Counted from the first letter of the stretch, positions 1-9,487 are shown. The stretch is 51,450 bases of DNA from Methanosaeta sp. UBA114 (GCA_002506335.1 DAXJ01000014.1:1-51450), one strand, 5' to 3'. The notes: generated by a model from the letters alone, not told the origin. A program made the numbers and translations.

Positions 1-844
1 CCAGGCATTCGGCGGAGCAGGAATGTGATGACAAATTTCCCAAAGCGATGGCAATTCGATCCATGAGATAGGATGGAGCATCCAGTCGAAAGGCGTGGTC
101 AGAACCTGCGTGAAACCTGGCAATGAAAATCCTGCCGCCATCCCAGCTTTCGGGTTTGGGCTTGATTTTCTTTCCCTTAAGGCAGAGATACCAGGGAACT
201 CCTGGGGCCAGGATGCTTCCCACGTAGCTGGTGTGAGGAACAAAAGGCTTGGATAGATCTCCGCCCCAAGAAAGGGAGCTTGATTTGCTTATGGCCAGAA
301 GATCCACGCCCTTATCTTTTGCAGCCATTAGGACTTTGGTAAGGACGCTTCTTAGGGGCTCAAAGACGTCAAAGCCGCCGTCAAAGAGGATCAGATCTCC
401 CGTCGAGGACTCGTTTACGGCATCGTTGAGGGCAATATACTCCTGAAGCTCCCTGAAGTAGGAGGAGAGCCTGTCCAGCTCTGTCTTCTCTAAGGTGAAC
501 TTGTTGAGGCCAAAGGCCTTGGTATACTTCTCGAACTGATCGATATAGTTATCTTTGTCCGCTAGGAAGAGATCATCGTAGGTCACGACGGTCCTCTGCC
601 AATTCCTGCCCTTGTAGACCGCATAGCCGGCCCTGATATGGTTCAAGCTTGCTACGGACCAATCGCAGATGACGACGTTGGAGCCGTCTATAGCGTATAT
701 TTCTCCCTCGAAATCTCTTGGTTCTATCCTTACAAAATCGTCCTTACAGATGTCAGTCTCAGAACAATACTCGTCTACTCCGCTGATGGAGATCCTTTCC
801 CTGATAAGATCGGCGATGGCTTCAAGCCTGCTCCTATCTAACAT
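1..844 (-). CDS. nurA: NurA-family nuclease (3' end runs off the window; absent from the ORF track)
   Basis: Manual translation from ATG 844, open to base 1: MLDRSRLEAIADLIRE...EIYAIDGSN...YFRELQEY...DLILFDGG...LAISKSS...FRLD...AECLG. AIDGS, R-x-x-x-E, DG and SK-S are NurA motifs. Confidence 0.8.
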   Translation of the reverse strand, partial: MLDRSRLEAIADLIRERISISGVDEYCSETDICKDDFVRIEPRDFEGEIYAIDGSNVVICDWSVASLNHIRAGYAVYKGRNWQRTVVTYDDLFLADKDNYIDQFEKYTKAFGLNKFTLEKTELDRLSSYFRELQEYIALNDAVNESSTGDLILFDGGFDVFEPLRSVLTKVLMAAKDKGVDLLAISKSSSLSWGGDLSKPFVPHTSYVGSILAPGVPWYLCLKGKKIKPKPESWDGGRIFIARFHAGSDHAFRLDAPSYLMDRIAIALGNLSSHSCSAECL

Positions 845-1191
845 CCAATTTAAGAAAGAGCGGTAAAGTATATACAAATTTTGGCACTTATCTATCGGTA
901 CGATATATTTAAGAAGAACATTTCGATTGCCTTACGAGGATAAACATTATTGTCCATTATTCTTTACATCCCCTCGTGAATGCTAAGCTAAAAGATCACT
1001 ACCACCTTGTTCACGGCGGCAACATGTCCACAGATACCTGGAATAGACTTGCCAAAAGCAATGATTACCCTCCTAGCGGCCATTCGGGTGGCAATATATG
1101 GGGCAGCATTATTCCCGCTACCACTATTGGTTTTAGAGCCGTTTTTGCGTGAGCAGTTGAGTGGTTTTCTTATATATCCATCGAAGGCTTT

Positions 1192-1428
1192 TCATTCACT
1201 TCCAGGGAGTATTGGTCCGAGTTGGTCTATTGCTCTCTTTCTCTTGACTGTCGCCCTGAATCCCTCTTTTTTTTGGCGAACCGACAAAAAACCCGACTCG
1301 GCTAGTTGCCGCGCTCGCTTTCTGAAGGTTTTTTCACAGGGGGGCAGGATCATGCTTTCGCACAGGCTGGCATAGATCTGGGCTAGAGTTCGGCCTGGTC
1401 TGTCGCAGGCCGCCTTCAGAATTACCAC
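1192..1428 (-). CDS. Small putative winged-helix DNA-binding protein
   Basis: 78 aa, GTG start. PGRTLAQIY...EKTFRKRARQLAESGFLSV pattern resembles a wHTH recognition helix plus wing. No family recognised with certainty. Confidence 0.35.
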   Translation of the reverse strand: MVILKAACDRPGRTLAQIYASLCESMILPPCEKTFRKRARQLAESGFLSVRQKKEGFRATVKRKRAIDQLGPILPGSE

Positions 1429-2113
1429 GTAGGCCTCGTCAACTTGTGCACTTCCTTTTTGATGTTTATGGATGCGTGCCAGGGGCTACACCCGACAGAC
1501 TTATCGATCGGTTTTGCCATGGGGGTAAGAGATGCTGCGGGGCTCCTCGAACCTTGCCAGGAAGGGAGCCCCTGGCCCACTTCCGTTCTTAGCTTTGGCT
1601 TTAGTTTCTGTGTCTTGTTGCTCTTGTGCGCGCGTTTTGTTGTTACGGCAACCTCTTTTCCGAGAATATCAACATTTCGGGCAAGACATATCCAACTATA
1701 TATAGTGGGTAGATAGACTCCATAGGCACCGTTTGCTACCATCACCAACGAATAACCAGCGTAAACCGCTTCATAGCCCCTATAAATCTGGAGGATAAAT
1801 AGCTGCGGCTCGCCGCAAATAACTGTGGGTTGGAGGTGGGTTAACAAGATTTGTGCGCGATTCCAGAACATTTTGCATATATAGTTTTCGCTTGGTGTAG
1901 TTTCGGGTATATATATTTAGGGGTGGAATATTCCCCTCGTCCGGATATAGAGCGCTTGGCTGCTCATATTCTTATGTAACTCAGCTATAAGAAAAGCTTG
2001 TCAAAGTTACATAAGGACGATGGTGGGGGGCTGCTGAGTCGTCAGTGAAGGATGGTGACTCGCCGCTGATGAAATATGGAGTGCGAAATGGAGAAAGGGA
2101 AGAAGCCTCTCTC

Positions 2114-2620
2114 CTAGTTGTAAGTTGTCAATCCCTGTTCAGCGGCCATTTCCTTGTATAGCGATGTATGTCCTATTCCTAAGGTATCGAGATCCTTGTT
2201 CTTAAGGTACCAGGCCTTTTGATAAGACGGATTGGCAACGGTGGCCTTGTTGTAGCACTGTATAGCAGTGTTCGGATCGCCCTGTAGGTCGTATATCATT
2301 CCCATATTGCACCAGGCCTCGGCATATGATGAGTTGATGTCTACTGCCATGGCAAAAGCCCTGATGGCATCATCGTATTTTTTCTGGGTGCCCAGTATCA
2401 TGCCTTTGCAGTTCCAGGACTCAGCACTCTGGGGATAAATCTTCAGGACCTCGTCAAAAGCTTGAAGCGCCTCGTCGTACTTTCCCATAGTGTACAGATA
2501 CACGCCCTGGTCGTACAAGCTAGCTGCGGTCTGCTCCGGCGAACTTGCAGCCGTCTCATTTTCTTGCCCCAGGACCGGGACTGCCATTATCATTATCAGT
2601 AACAGTATAATTTGAACCAA
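2114..2620 (-). CDS. Secreted tetratricopeptide-repeat protein
   Basis: Signal peptide followed by TPR units (YDEALQAFDEVLKIYPQSAESW, AEAWCNMG, NPSYQKAW). Confidence 0.85.
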   Translation of the reverse strand: MVQIILLLIMIMAVPVLGQENETAASSPEQTAASLYDQGVYLYTMGKYDEALQAFDEVLKIYPQSAESWNCKGMILGTQKKYDDAIRAFAMAVDINSSYAEAWCNMGMIYDLQGDPNTAIQCYNKATVANPSYQKAWYLKNKDLDTLGIGHTSLYKEMAAEQGLTTYN

Positions 2621-2733
2621 TTTTGAGTTCGTTCTTTTCTCCCCCTGTCTTTGCCAATAGGTATACCTTTATCTCGGTTGATGGTGAAATAGTTTACGCG
2701 ATAGGGCTCCTATGATATTGTATGCCATCTATC

Positions 2734-3093
2734 TCATCCCCCTAGGATAAGCCTTCTCCCTGCCAGGGATATGTGATGGGCAAGCTCCACGGCTGATCTT
2801 TCTCCAATGGACTCGGGATGCTTGAACTCCCTGCCCAGGATGGAGGAGACCCTCCATGCTTCCAGGTTGTACATATCTCCCTTCTCAGCCACGATAATTC
2901 CTGGGAGGCAGAGGGAAGCGGCCTTGATGAGGTCTGCCACGGAACTGATGTCGGGGGCCTCTGTCGCCCTGGGCAGGATTTTCACGGCCTTCACCCTCTC
3001 TATGCACTCAGGGGATATGTCCAGGTAGACCGCGGCGCAGACCATGTGGTACCTGCCCTCGACCTCGTGCCTGCCCGATATGTCTACTGCCAC
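2734..3093 (-). CDS. DUF2209-like conserved methanogen protein
   Basis: AVDISGRH N-terminal motif and AHHIS near the C-terminus; directly downstream of the PHP gene. Confidence 0.7.
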   Translation of the reverse strand: MAVDISGRHEVEGRYHMVCAAVYLDISPECIERVKAVKILPRATEAPDISSVADLIKAASLCLPGIIVAEKGDMYNLEAWRVSSILGREFKHPESIGERSAVELAHHISLAGRRLILGG

Positions 3094-3114
3094 TATCTCT
3101 ATTCAGCCAACTCC

Positions 3115-3759
3115 TCAAGCAGCCTTTTCTTTTATGATGGGATGGTCGTATATAATCTTCTCAGAGACGCTTCTGGTAAGGCCGGCGCCCATGGCGATCT
3201 CCAGGGCCCTGTTGCTATCTATCAGGTCATCGGGGCTGTGAGTATCAGTATCTACTACCATCCTGGCCCCCGCCTGGCCGGCGATCCTGGCCACGTGGCC
3301 GTTGGTTATGTTATGTCCCGCTCTGGAGGTTATCTCCAGGCAGACATTATTCTGAGCGGCGATCTCCGCCTCCTCCAGGGTTATGAAGCCTGGATGGGCA
3401 AGGATATCGACTCCTATCTCCACCGCCGCCTTGTCCGTGCCCGGGGCCACCGGCTCCACGGGGGTCTCTCCGTGGACGACGATGATCTCAGCCCCGAGCT
3501 TTCTCGCCATAAGAGCCAGGCGCTCCATCTTCTGGGGAGGTACGTGGGTCAGCTCCACCCCTGCCAGGATCCTCATATTCCATACATCCTCTAGATATTT
3601 AACTTTAAAGATGCTCGATAGGACGTGCTCTATGTTGGTGAAGTCCACGTGATCGGTAATGGCCATGGCAGTGTATCCGTTGACCTGGGCCCGGCGGACG
3701 AGCTCGCTTGGCAGAAGCTCACCATCCGAGAAGATGCTGTGGGTGTGGAGATCGATCAT
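3115..3759 (-). CDS. PHP-domain hydrolase (histidinol-phosphate phosphatase-like)
   Basis: DLHTHS, AITDHVD, VHGET, LAHPG and DTHS metal-binding motifs. Confidence 0.9.
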   Translation of the reverse strand: MIDLHTHSIFSDGELLPSELVRRAQVNGYTAMAITDHVDFTNIEHVLSSIFKVKYLEDVWNMRILAGVELTHVPPQKMERLALMARKLGAEIIVVHGETPVEPVAPGTDKAAVEIGVDILAHPGFITLEEAEIAAQNNVCLEITSRAGHNITNGHVARIAGQAGARMVVDTDTHSPDDLIDSNRALEIAMGAGLTRSVSEKIIYDHPIIKEKAA

Positions 3760-3942
3760 GGGTGCAAAGGAGGCATAGGGCGGTATTAAGGATTGCCTGC
3801 CGTAGATAAGGCCGTTGGCCTGGGACCTGCCTGGGCAAAGGTGTTAAGTATCTCCCAAATTAGATTATGCAGGTACTAAAAGCGATAGGAGCTATCGTTA
3901 GAAGTAAACCGATGGAGTCTCACCGAAAGAGTAAGAATACCC

Positions 3943-4239
3943 ATGAATAATTCAATGATAATGCGTCTGGTCCTGGATGTGCTCAAGCCCCATGTTCCCA
4001 CCATCCTTGACCTTGCCACGGCCCTGGCTCATGTCAAGGGTGTAACGGGCGTGAATCTGAGCCTTTATGAGGTCGATCGCCAGACTGAGACCGTAAAGGC
4101 CACCATTCAGGGAGAGAACATCGATTATCCGGAGATAGAGAGTGTCATAAGGGACTTTGGTGGCTCCATCCACAGCATAGACGAGGTTGTGGCAGGTAAG
4201 GAGATAGTCAAGGAGTATGAGACTCTACAGGAGCGCTAA
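3943..4239 (+). CDS. DUF211 family protein
   Basis: RLVLDVLKPH...GGSIHSIDEVVAG signature. Confidence 0.85.
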   Translation: MNNSMIMRLVLDVLKPHVPTILDLATALAHVKGVTGVNLSLYEVDRQTETVKATIQGENIDYPEIESVIRDFGGSIHSIDEVVAGKEIVKEYETLQER

Positions 4240-4292
4240 CTTTAGTCTCACTCGGCTTCCTTTTTATATCATTGGGCTAAATTAAATTCCGA

Positions 4293-4577
4293 TTACTTTT
4301 TGCTTCTCATGCCCACGGCGATCTTCCTCAAGACCGCTGACTTGGGCTCTTTCTTTGGCACCAGTATCCTACCTGAGCTCTCATACCAGTTGGACGGGTG
4401 CCTCTTATCGCGCTCTATCTCCGGCTTGTAACCAGCCCTTATGGCCGCGGTTATAAGCTGATCCAAGGTTGGCCTGCTTATGGCCGCAGAGGCGGGGATC
4501 ATTCTACCTTCACTCCTGGACCTGGCAGCATCGAAGTAGAGGGGCCAGATCACTACCACGTCCTTCCGTCCGGACAT
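4293..4577 (-). CDS. srp19: Signal recognition particle protein Srp19
   Basis: VIWPLYFD..RSRSEGR, KRHP, GRILV motifs. Confidence 0.92.
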   Translation of the reverse strand: MSGRKDVVVIWPLYFDAARSRSEGRMIPASAAISRPTLDQLITAAIRAGYKPEIERDKRHPSNWYESSGRILVPKKEPKSAVLRKIAVGMRSKK

Positions 4578-4699
4578 GGCGAAAGTGTTGGGTATCTATC
4601 CGATATGAACTTTTGTAGTGTGGATGGAGGATGGATGGGAACGCAAGTCTTTTAGGCATCTTATGGACATTTGGAGAATTAAGCTTCGGAGTTCCCTAT

Positions 4700-5626
4700 A
4701 TGAGCGAAGAGACGTTACCCATCGCCAACGTGGGCGGCACCCAGGTTCCCTACGACCCGGATCAGCTCAGGAGGATCAAGGAGCATCCTTGCTTCTCCGA
4801 GAAGGCCTGCCACGCCTTTGGCAGGATGCACCTGCCGGTGGCTCCCAAGTGCAACATACAGTGCAAGTACTGCATTCGCAGCTTCGATTGCGTCAACGAG
4901 TCCAGGCCGGGGGTGACGAGCAAGGTCTTAAACCCCAGGGAAGCCCTTGAAAAGGTAGACGAGGTCCTGGCCAAGTACCACTACATCAAGGTAGTGGGGA
5001 TCGCAGGCCCGGGGGAGCCCCTGTCCAATCCGGAGACCTTTGAGACCTTCAGGCTGGTCGGGGAGAAGTACCCCAATATGATCCTGTGCGTGAGCACCAA
5101 CGGCCTTCTCCTGTCCGATGCCATCGAGGAGCTGGATAAACTGGGCGTATGCAATATCACCGTCACCATGAACGCCGTGGATCCTGAGATCGGCAAGGAG
5201 ATCTATGATTACATAACTTATCACGGCAAAAAGTACGAGGGCCTGGAGGCGGCCAAGATCCTCCTGGACAATCAGCTCAAGGGAATAGAGGAGGCCTTGA
5301 AGCGGAAGAAGATAGTCAAGGTCAACACCGTCCTCATACCTGGGATCAACGATAAGCACGTCTTCGATGTCGCTAGAAAGATAAAATCCATGGGCGTCTT
5401 CATCCATAACGTCATGCCCCTCATACCCCAGTACAAGTTCGCCAACATAAAACCCCCGTCCCCTGAGGAGAAGCGGAAGATCCAGGACGAGCTGGGGACC
5501 ATCATAAAGCAGATGAGGCATTGCAGGCAGTGTAGGGCGGACGCCATTGGACGCCTGGGGTGCGATGTTCAGGGGGAGTTTCAGAGCAGACAGAAAGATC
5601 AGGCGAAGACAGATCAAACTGCCTAA
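4700..5626 (+). CDS. nifB: NifB-type radical SAM protein (single-domain archaeal form)
   Basis: HPC, CNIQCKYC, ESRPG, AGPGEP, TVTMN and CRQCRADA motifs. Start placed at MSEE (4700). Confidence 0.85.
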   Translation: MSEETLPIANVGGTQVPYDPDQLRRIKEHPCFSEKACHAFGRMHLPVAPKCNIQCKYCIRSFDCVNESRPGVTSKVLNPREALEKVDEVLAKYHYIKVVGIAGPGEPLSNPETFETFRLVGEKYPNMILCVSTNGLLLSDAIEELDKLGVCNITVTMNAVDPEIGKEIYDYITYHGKKYEGLEAAKILLDNQLKGIEEALKRKKIVKVNTVLIPGINDKHVFDVARKIKSMGVFIHNVMPLIPQYKFANIKPPSPEEKRKIQDELGTIIKQMRHCRQCRADAIGRLGCDVQGEFQSRQKDQAKTDQTA

Positions 5627-5971
5627 AATACCTTTTTAATATAACCATACGTAAAATTTATACGTGGCGTTTTAACGTGTTCACCTTTAATGGTAAAAGA
5701 TAATAGCTAGGCTCACTGACTGCTTGACTAAAGTTATTTTTATTTATTACGTGGTTACCCCTGTCACAAGTCATTATGGTAACTTATTTCAATATACGTA
5801 TCCGCTATAAATGTTCAAAAGCCAGCGGCGCTTTCCATATAACCCGATAAAGATTATACAAGCTATTTGATCCACAGGGTGATTTGAATCAGGCGAGCTA
5901 GAGATCATGGCATATATTACCTTCTACAGACGCTGGAACCTATCGATCAGCATCAGGCCAAAAGACACACG

Positions 5972-5990
5972 TCCCGGCTTTGGGCCGGGA
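5972..5990. terminator. GC hairpin between convergent genes
   Basis: TCCCGGC-TTTGG-GCCGGGA perfect 7-bp stem just downstream of the 6009-6338 ORF. Confidence 0.4.
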
Positions 5991-6008
5991 ATAGTTAAGA
6001 AGCTATGA

Positions 6009-6338
6009 TCAGCCAGACTTCACCATTTTTTTAACGCTTTCGATAACTCCCGCAAAGAAGCTCTTCTTGGGTATCTCAGCCTTCTTTGAAACCTCAGCCT
6101 CTTCTACGGGCTCCTCGATTTCAAGGGCCTTGGCAGTAGACTTGACTTTTACTACCTCTTTAACTCCAGGTTTCGATGGTTTCGATTGGGCGGCAGGCTT
6201 TGGAGCCTCGGTCTTTTTAGCTTCAGGCTCTGGCGTCTCTATCTTCTTCTCTGCCTTGGGTGCAGTTCTGATTGATGGCTGAAGGCCCATGTTGCGATTG
6301 GCTGGTCCCTTATGCTTCTTTTGCGTGTGCTTAGACAT
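6009..6338 (-). CDS. Lys/Glu/Pro-rich low-complexity hypothetical protein
   Basis: ATG preceded by GAGGT; 109 aa; C-terminal KKSFFAGVIESVKKMV looks amphipathic. Confidence 0.65.
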   Translation of the reverse strand: MSKHTQKKHKGPANRNMGLQPSIRTAPKAEKKIETPEPEAKKTEAPKPAAQSKPSKPGVKEVVKVKSTAKALEIEEPVEEAEVSKKAEIPKKSFFAGVIESVKKMVKSG

Positions 6339-6738
6339 GCCTTGACCTCAGCATCTTCCGTTTCTGCGGTCATTCATATACCTTACGGTAAAATGCAAAG
6401 CGCTTCCGTGATATATCCCCAACAGGGCAAGAAGACCAAGGGATAGGCACCCTTCCTAGGCTCTAGAGCTCCTTCAGGTATCTCTCCCTTCTGAGGGCTA
6501 CTGGCGTTTTCCCCTAGGATGCCTAAAATACAGCGAAGGCCCCATGGGAGTTCCTCTGGCAGTACCAGTTCACGGCTCTCTTTAGGTCAGGCGAAATCCA
6601 CCGGTCGATAGGTTCGGTCATCTCCGTACCACTTATGGGGGCAAGATAGGCACTATCAAGTTAAGCCTGGCGACAAAATAAGTCTAATTGGGTTAAAAGT
6701 AAAGATGTTTGGCTCCATGGAGCCAATACCATGTCTTT

Positions 6739-6927
6739 TTACTTCTTTCCAGTGCTGGTGGGGTAGCAGGTTCCAATGAGGGAGCCTTTTCTGGAGACCC
6801 TGGCGTCGCCGGGCTTTATGGGTTCTACCTTGGCATCTCCTGGCTTTTTCTTGGCCTCTATCTCTTCAGATGGCGCCTGGGGCGGGTTTACTCCCTTGAA
6901 TTGCTCTGGGGATTTTTCTTCAGCCAT
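6739..6927 (-). CDS. Small protein, VEPxKPGD...SLxxTC family, copy 1 (62 aa)
   Basis: MAEEKSPEQ...DAKVEPIKPGDARVSRKGSLIGTCYPTSTGKK; paralogous to 7166-7309 and 9653-9775; BRE/TATA-like box at 6962-6975. Confidence 0.8.
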   Translation of the reverse strand: MAEEKSPEQFKGVNPPQAPSEEIEAKKKPGDAKVEPIKPGDARVSRKGSLIGTCYPTSTGKK

Positions 6928-6961
6928 ATAACCGCCACTACTACTTTTCTGTTGTTAGTAT

Positions 6962-6975
6962 TATTATATCTTTCG
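6962..6975 (-). promoter_or_regulatory. BRE/TATA promoter of small-protein copy 1
   Basis: CGAAAGATATAATA on the minus strand, 35 nt from the ATG; identical to 7344-7357. Confidence 0.65.
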
Positions 6976-7165
6976 ATAGATTTCCTAAAAGATAGAAGGC
7001 TAAACACACGAAGGAAGATCGGATCGTACCCTCCTATGTATATCCTCGATGATAGAGCTCTAGAACAAGGGATAGCTGGATAGCTAATAGATCAAAATCC
7101 CTTGCTCTTTAATAACATCTGTAGTGTTAAGAGCATTAAGGGGTTAAAATAGGGGGAGGAGATTG

Positions 7166-7309
7166 TTATTTCTTGGCCCCGGAGGACGAGGTGTAGCAGG
7201 TGTCCAGCAGAGAACTCTTCCTCACCACTCTGGCATCGCCGGGCTTTATGGGCTCAACCGCAGCATCCTCTGTCTTCTTGGTATCTTTTTTAGTTTCATG
7301 ATGCGTCAT
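7166..7309 (-). CDS. Small protein, VEPxKPGD...SLxxTC family, copy 2 (47 aa, not in ORF track)
   Basis: MTHHETKKDTKKTEDAAVEPIKPGDARVVRKSSLLDTCYTSSSGAKK*; GGTGA RBS upstream. Confidence 0.8.
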   Translation of the reverse strand: MTHHETKKDTKKTEDAAVEPIKPGDARVVRKSSLLDTCYTSSSGAKK

Positions 7310-7343
7310 GATACATCACCATGACATCATTATTCGTTATGGC

Positions 7344-7357
7344 TATTATATCTTTCG
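7344..7357 (-). promoter_or_regulatory. BRE/TATA promoter of small-protein copy 2
   Basis: CGAAAGATATAATA, 35 nt from ATG 7309. Confidence 0.65.
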
Positions 7358-7524
7358 GTTGATCTGCAAGGTCGTATGGAGACTATGCAGGTTGGCAATG
7401 CAAAAGGCGTGAACGCGGGTGGACAAATCCGTAATACTTTGGATAAGATTCAGATAAAGTTGAGATAAAACATAAAAAAGCAATCTCGACTGCTGCAGCA
7501 GTCGGGTTTTATGCTATATGCTTC

Positions 7525-7632
7525 CTGGCATGCATCAGGCAGCGAACGTCAGGTCTATCCCTCTTTTCCTGCCGGTCCGAGGGATATTACCTTCACCGCC
7601 TGAAAAGCCCTAATACCTTTCTGACTAGTGAT
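7525..7632 (-). pseudogene. Decayed fourth copy of the small-protein family
   Basis: GAGGTGA RBS, ATC in place of ATG, then TSQKGIRAFQAVKVISLGPAGKEG*T*RSLPDACQ, in gap-free register with VEPLKPGDNRAGKKKSLLDTCQ. Confidence 0.55.
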
Positions 7633-7816
7633 TGGTGCATCACCTCTGATAGGCTATTATCACTAATGTATATTAAGGTTTTTGGTAGAGGCAAGAACGG
7701 TTGGGCACAGGCTCATGGCACTAAGAGTAGAATAAGAAGCTGAAGATCTCACGGTTAATGAGATCAGGGCTTCTATCGATCTAAAAAGGCGTAGTCATAT
7801 TAATAGCGTCTTTTCC

Positions 7817-9241
7817 CTAGGGTATATCCCCCTCCGGTCTCTTGAGGGATCTGAGGCGGCTGTTACACCATCCATAGCTGATGTATATTAGAAGCCCAAG
7901 TCCAGTCCAGACTAGCATCCCCAACCAGGTCGACCCGGGCAACTGCACCATGATGCCAAGGCAGCTTACAAGCCCCGCCAGAGGTATCCAAGGTACTCCA
8001 GGGCACTTAAAGGGCCTGGCCAGATCAGGCTGGTGCTTTCTCAAGAGGAGCACTCCTCCACAGACTATGACAAAGGAGAGGAGATATCCTATGACCGTCG
8101 TATCTGCTAGCTTACCTATTGGGAAGAAAGCCGAACTTACCAGGGCCAAAAATCCTGAGACCACCGTAGCCCTGACCGGGGTTCCGAGGGTTGGGTGTAC
8201 ATGGGCGGCCCAGGCAGGAAGGAGCCCGTCACGGGCGATGGCCATACATAGGCGCGTCTGGATTAATAGGTTGCACATGATAACGCTGATGAAACCCGCT
8301 AATGCTCCGGCCGAGATTATAACCGATATTTGGTGCAATCCCACATCAACGAAGGCCGAGGCCACAGGGCTTATGGTATCTATCCTGTCCAAGGGCACCA
8401 TCCCGGTGATGACTATGCCCATGGCCACGTAGATCAGCGTACAGATGGCCATGGATCCGAGGATCCCCAGGGGGAGGTCTCTCTGGGGATTCTTAGACTC
8501 CTCGGCAGCCGAGGCCACGATGTCAAAACCCGGGAAAGCGAAGAACATGGTGGCGGTGACGCTTAGGATTCCAGGCAGGCCAAAGGGCGCGAAGGGTATC
8601 CAATTGCCGGGGTCGATGTAGAATGTCCCGGCACCTATCACCAGAAGGACCACGGCGATTTTTATCGCCACCATGGCCTTGGTGACCTTGACGGACTCCT
8701 TGATGCCTGCCAAGACTATAACCATAAGAATGGCTATTATAATGGCTGCTGGCAGGTCGAGGATGCCTCCATTCCATGGGTCCTTTACCATCCACTCGGG
8801 CAGAGAAATGCTAGCAACTCTGAGGAGGCCGACCAGGTATCCTGAAAACCCTTTGGCTACAGTGCTGGCCGTCAATATGTAGACCATCAACATATCCCAG
8901 CCTATCACCCATGCCACCAGCTCTCCCAAGGTGGCGTAGGTGTAGGTATAAATGCAGCCTGAAGCGGGGATCATGGCCGCTAGCTCTGAGTAGCAAAGGG
9001 CAGTGAATGTACAGGCCAGGCCCCCCAGGATGAGGGAGATGATGATAGCAGGGCCCGCGTTCTGGGCGCCCACACCTATGATCACGAAAATCCCAGCCCC
9101 AATGATACCTCCTATGCCAATGGATATGAGATCTATCGGCCCAAGAGCCCTGTGTAAGCCCTTTTTACATTCGGCTTCTTCTAAAATCAAGGATACTGGT
9201 TTTTTGGCGAAGGCAGGATGACCCTGTCCACTAGCTCTCAT
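7817..9241 (-). CDS. APC-superfamily amino acid permease
   Basis: GIGGIIGAGIF, YSELAAMIP, GFDIVASAAEESKNPQRDLP and RPFKCP motifs; many TM segments. Start could be 9241 or 9304. Confidence 0.92.
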   Translation of the reverse strand: MRASGQGHPAFAKKPVSLILEEAECKKGLHRALGPIDLISIGIGGIIGAGIFVIIGVGAQNAGPAIIISLILGGLACTFTALCYSELAAMIPASGCIYTYTYATLGELVAWVIGWDMLMVYILTASTVAKGFSGYLVGLLRVASISLPEWMVKDPWNGGILDLPAAIIIAILMVIVLAGIKESVKVTKAMVAIKIAVVLLVIGAGTFYIDPGNWIPFAPFGLPGILSVTATMFFAFPGFDIVASAAEESKNPQRDLPLGILGSMAICTLIYVAMGIVITGMVPLDRIDTISPVASAFVDVGLHQISVIISAGALAGFISVIMCNLLIQTRLCMAIARDGLLPAWAAHVHPTLGTPVRATVVSGFLALVSSAFFPIGKLADTTVIGYLLSFVIVCGGVLLLRKHQPDLARPFKCPGVPWIPLAGLVSCLGIMVQLPGSTWLGMLVWTGLGLLIYISYGWCNSRLRSLKRPEGDIP

Positions 9242-9487
9242 ACCTCTGATTAACTTTAGCAACGATTTAAACGGATTTTGATAGATGTATGCACATATTC
9301 CCATTTACAGATGGTTGAACTAATCTTTAACAATGGAATAAGGCGCTGGAGCTATCAGGTTAGATAGGCCTCTGCTTCCCTCGTTTTTGGAAGGATTGTG
9401 GATAAACGTAGACGATCTCGAGATCTCAGGCCTTTTTTCTCTGGCCTACTACCTAAAACCCTCGACTACATCTTTATGGCCCTAAAT

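Noticed and set aside
1860..2020. AT-rich tract with inverted repeats as a replication origin
   Set aside because: No cdc6/orc1 gene is adjacent and there are no convincing repeated ORB boxes.
2818..3594. Long alternative ORFs such as 2818-3594, 4928-5617, 18800-19564 and 36167-36937
   Set aside because: They are antisense shadows of well-supported genes and have no recognisable motifs.
6463..6621. Minus-strand ORF MTEPIDRWISPDLKRAVNWYCQ... with in-frame TAG codons, as a fifth family member or amber readthrough
   Set aside because: It lacks the KPGD and SL core and its E-to-C spacing differs. No pyl genes are in the window, so it is more likely a decayed unrelated fragment.
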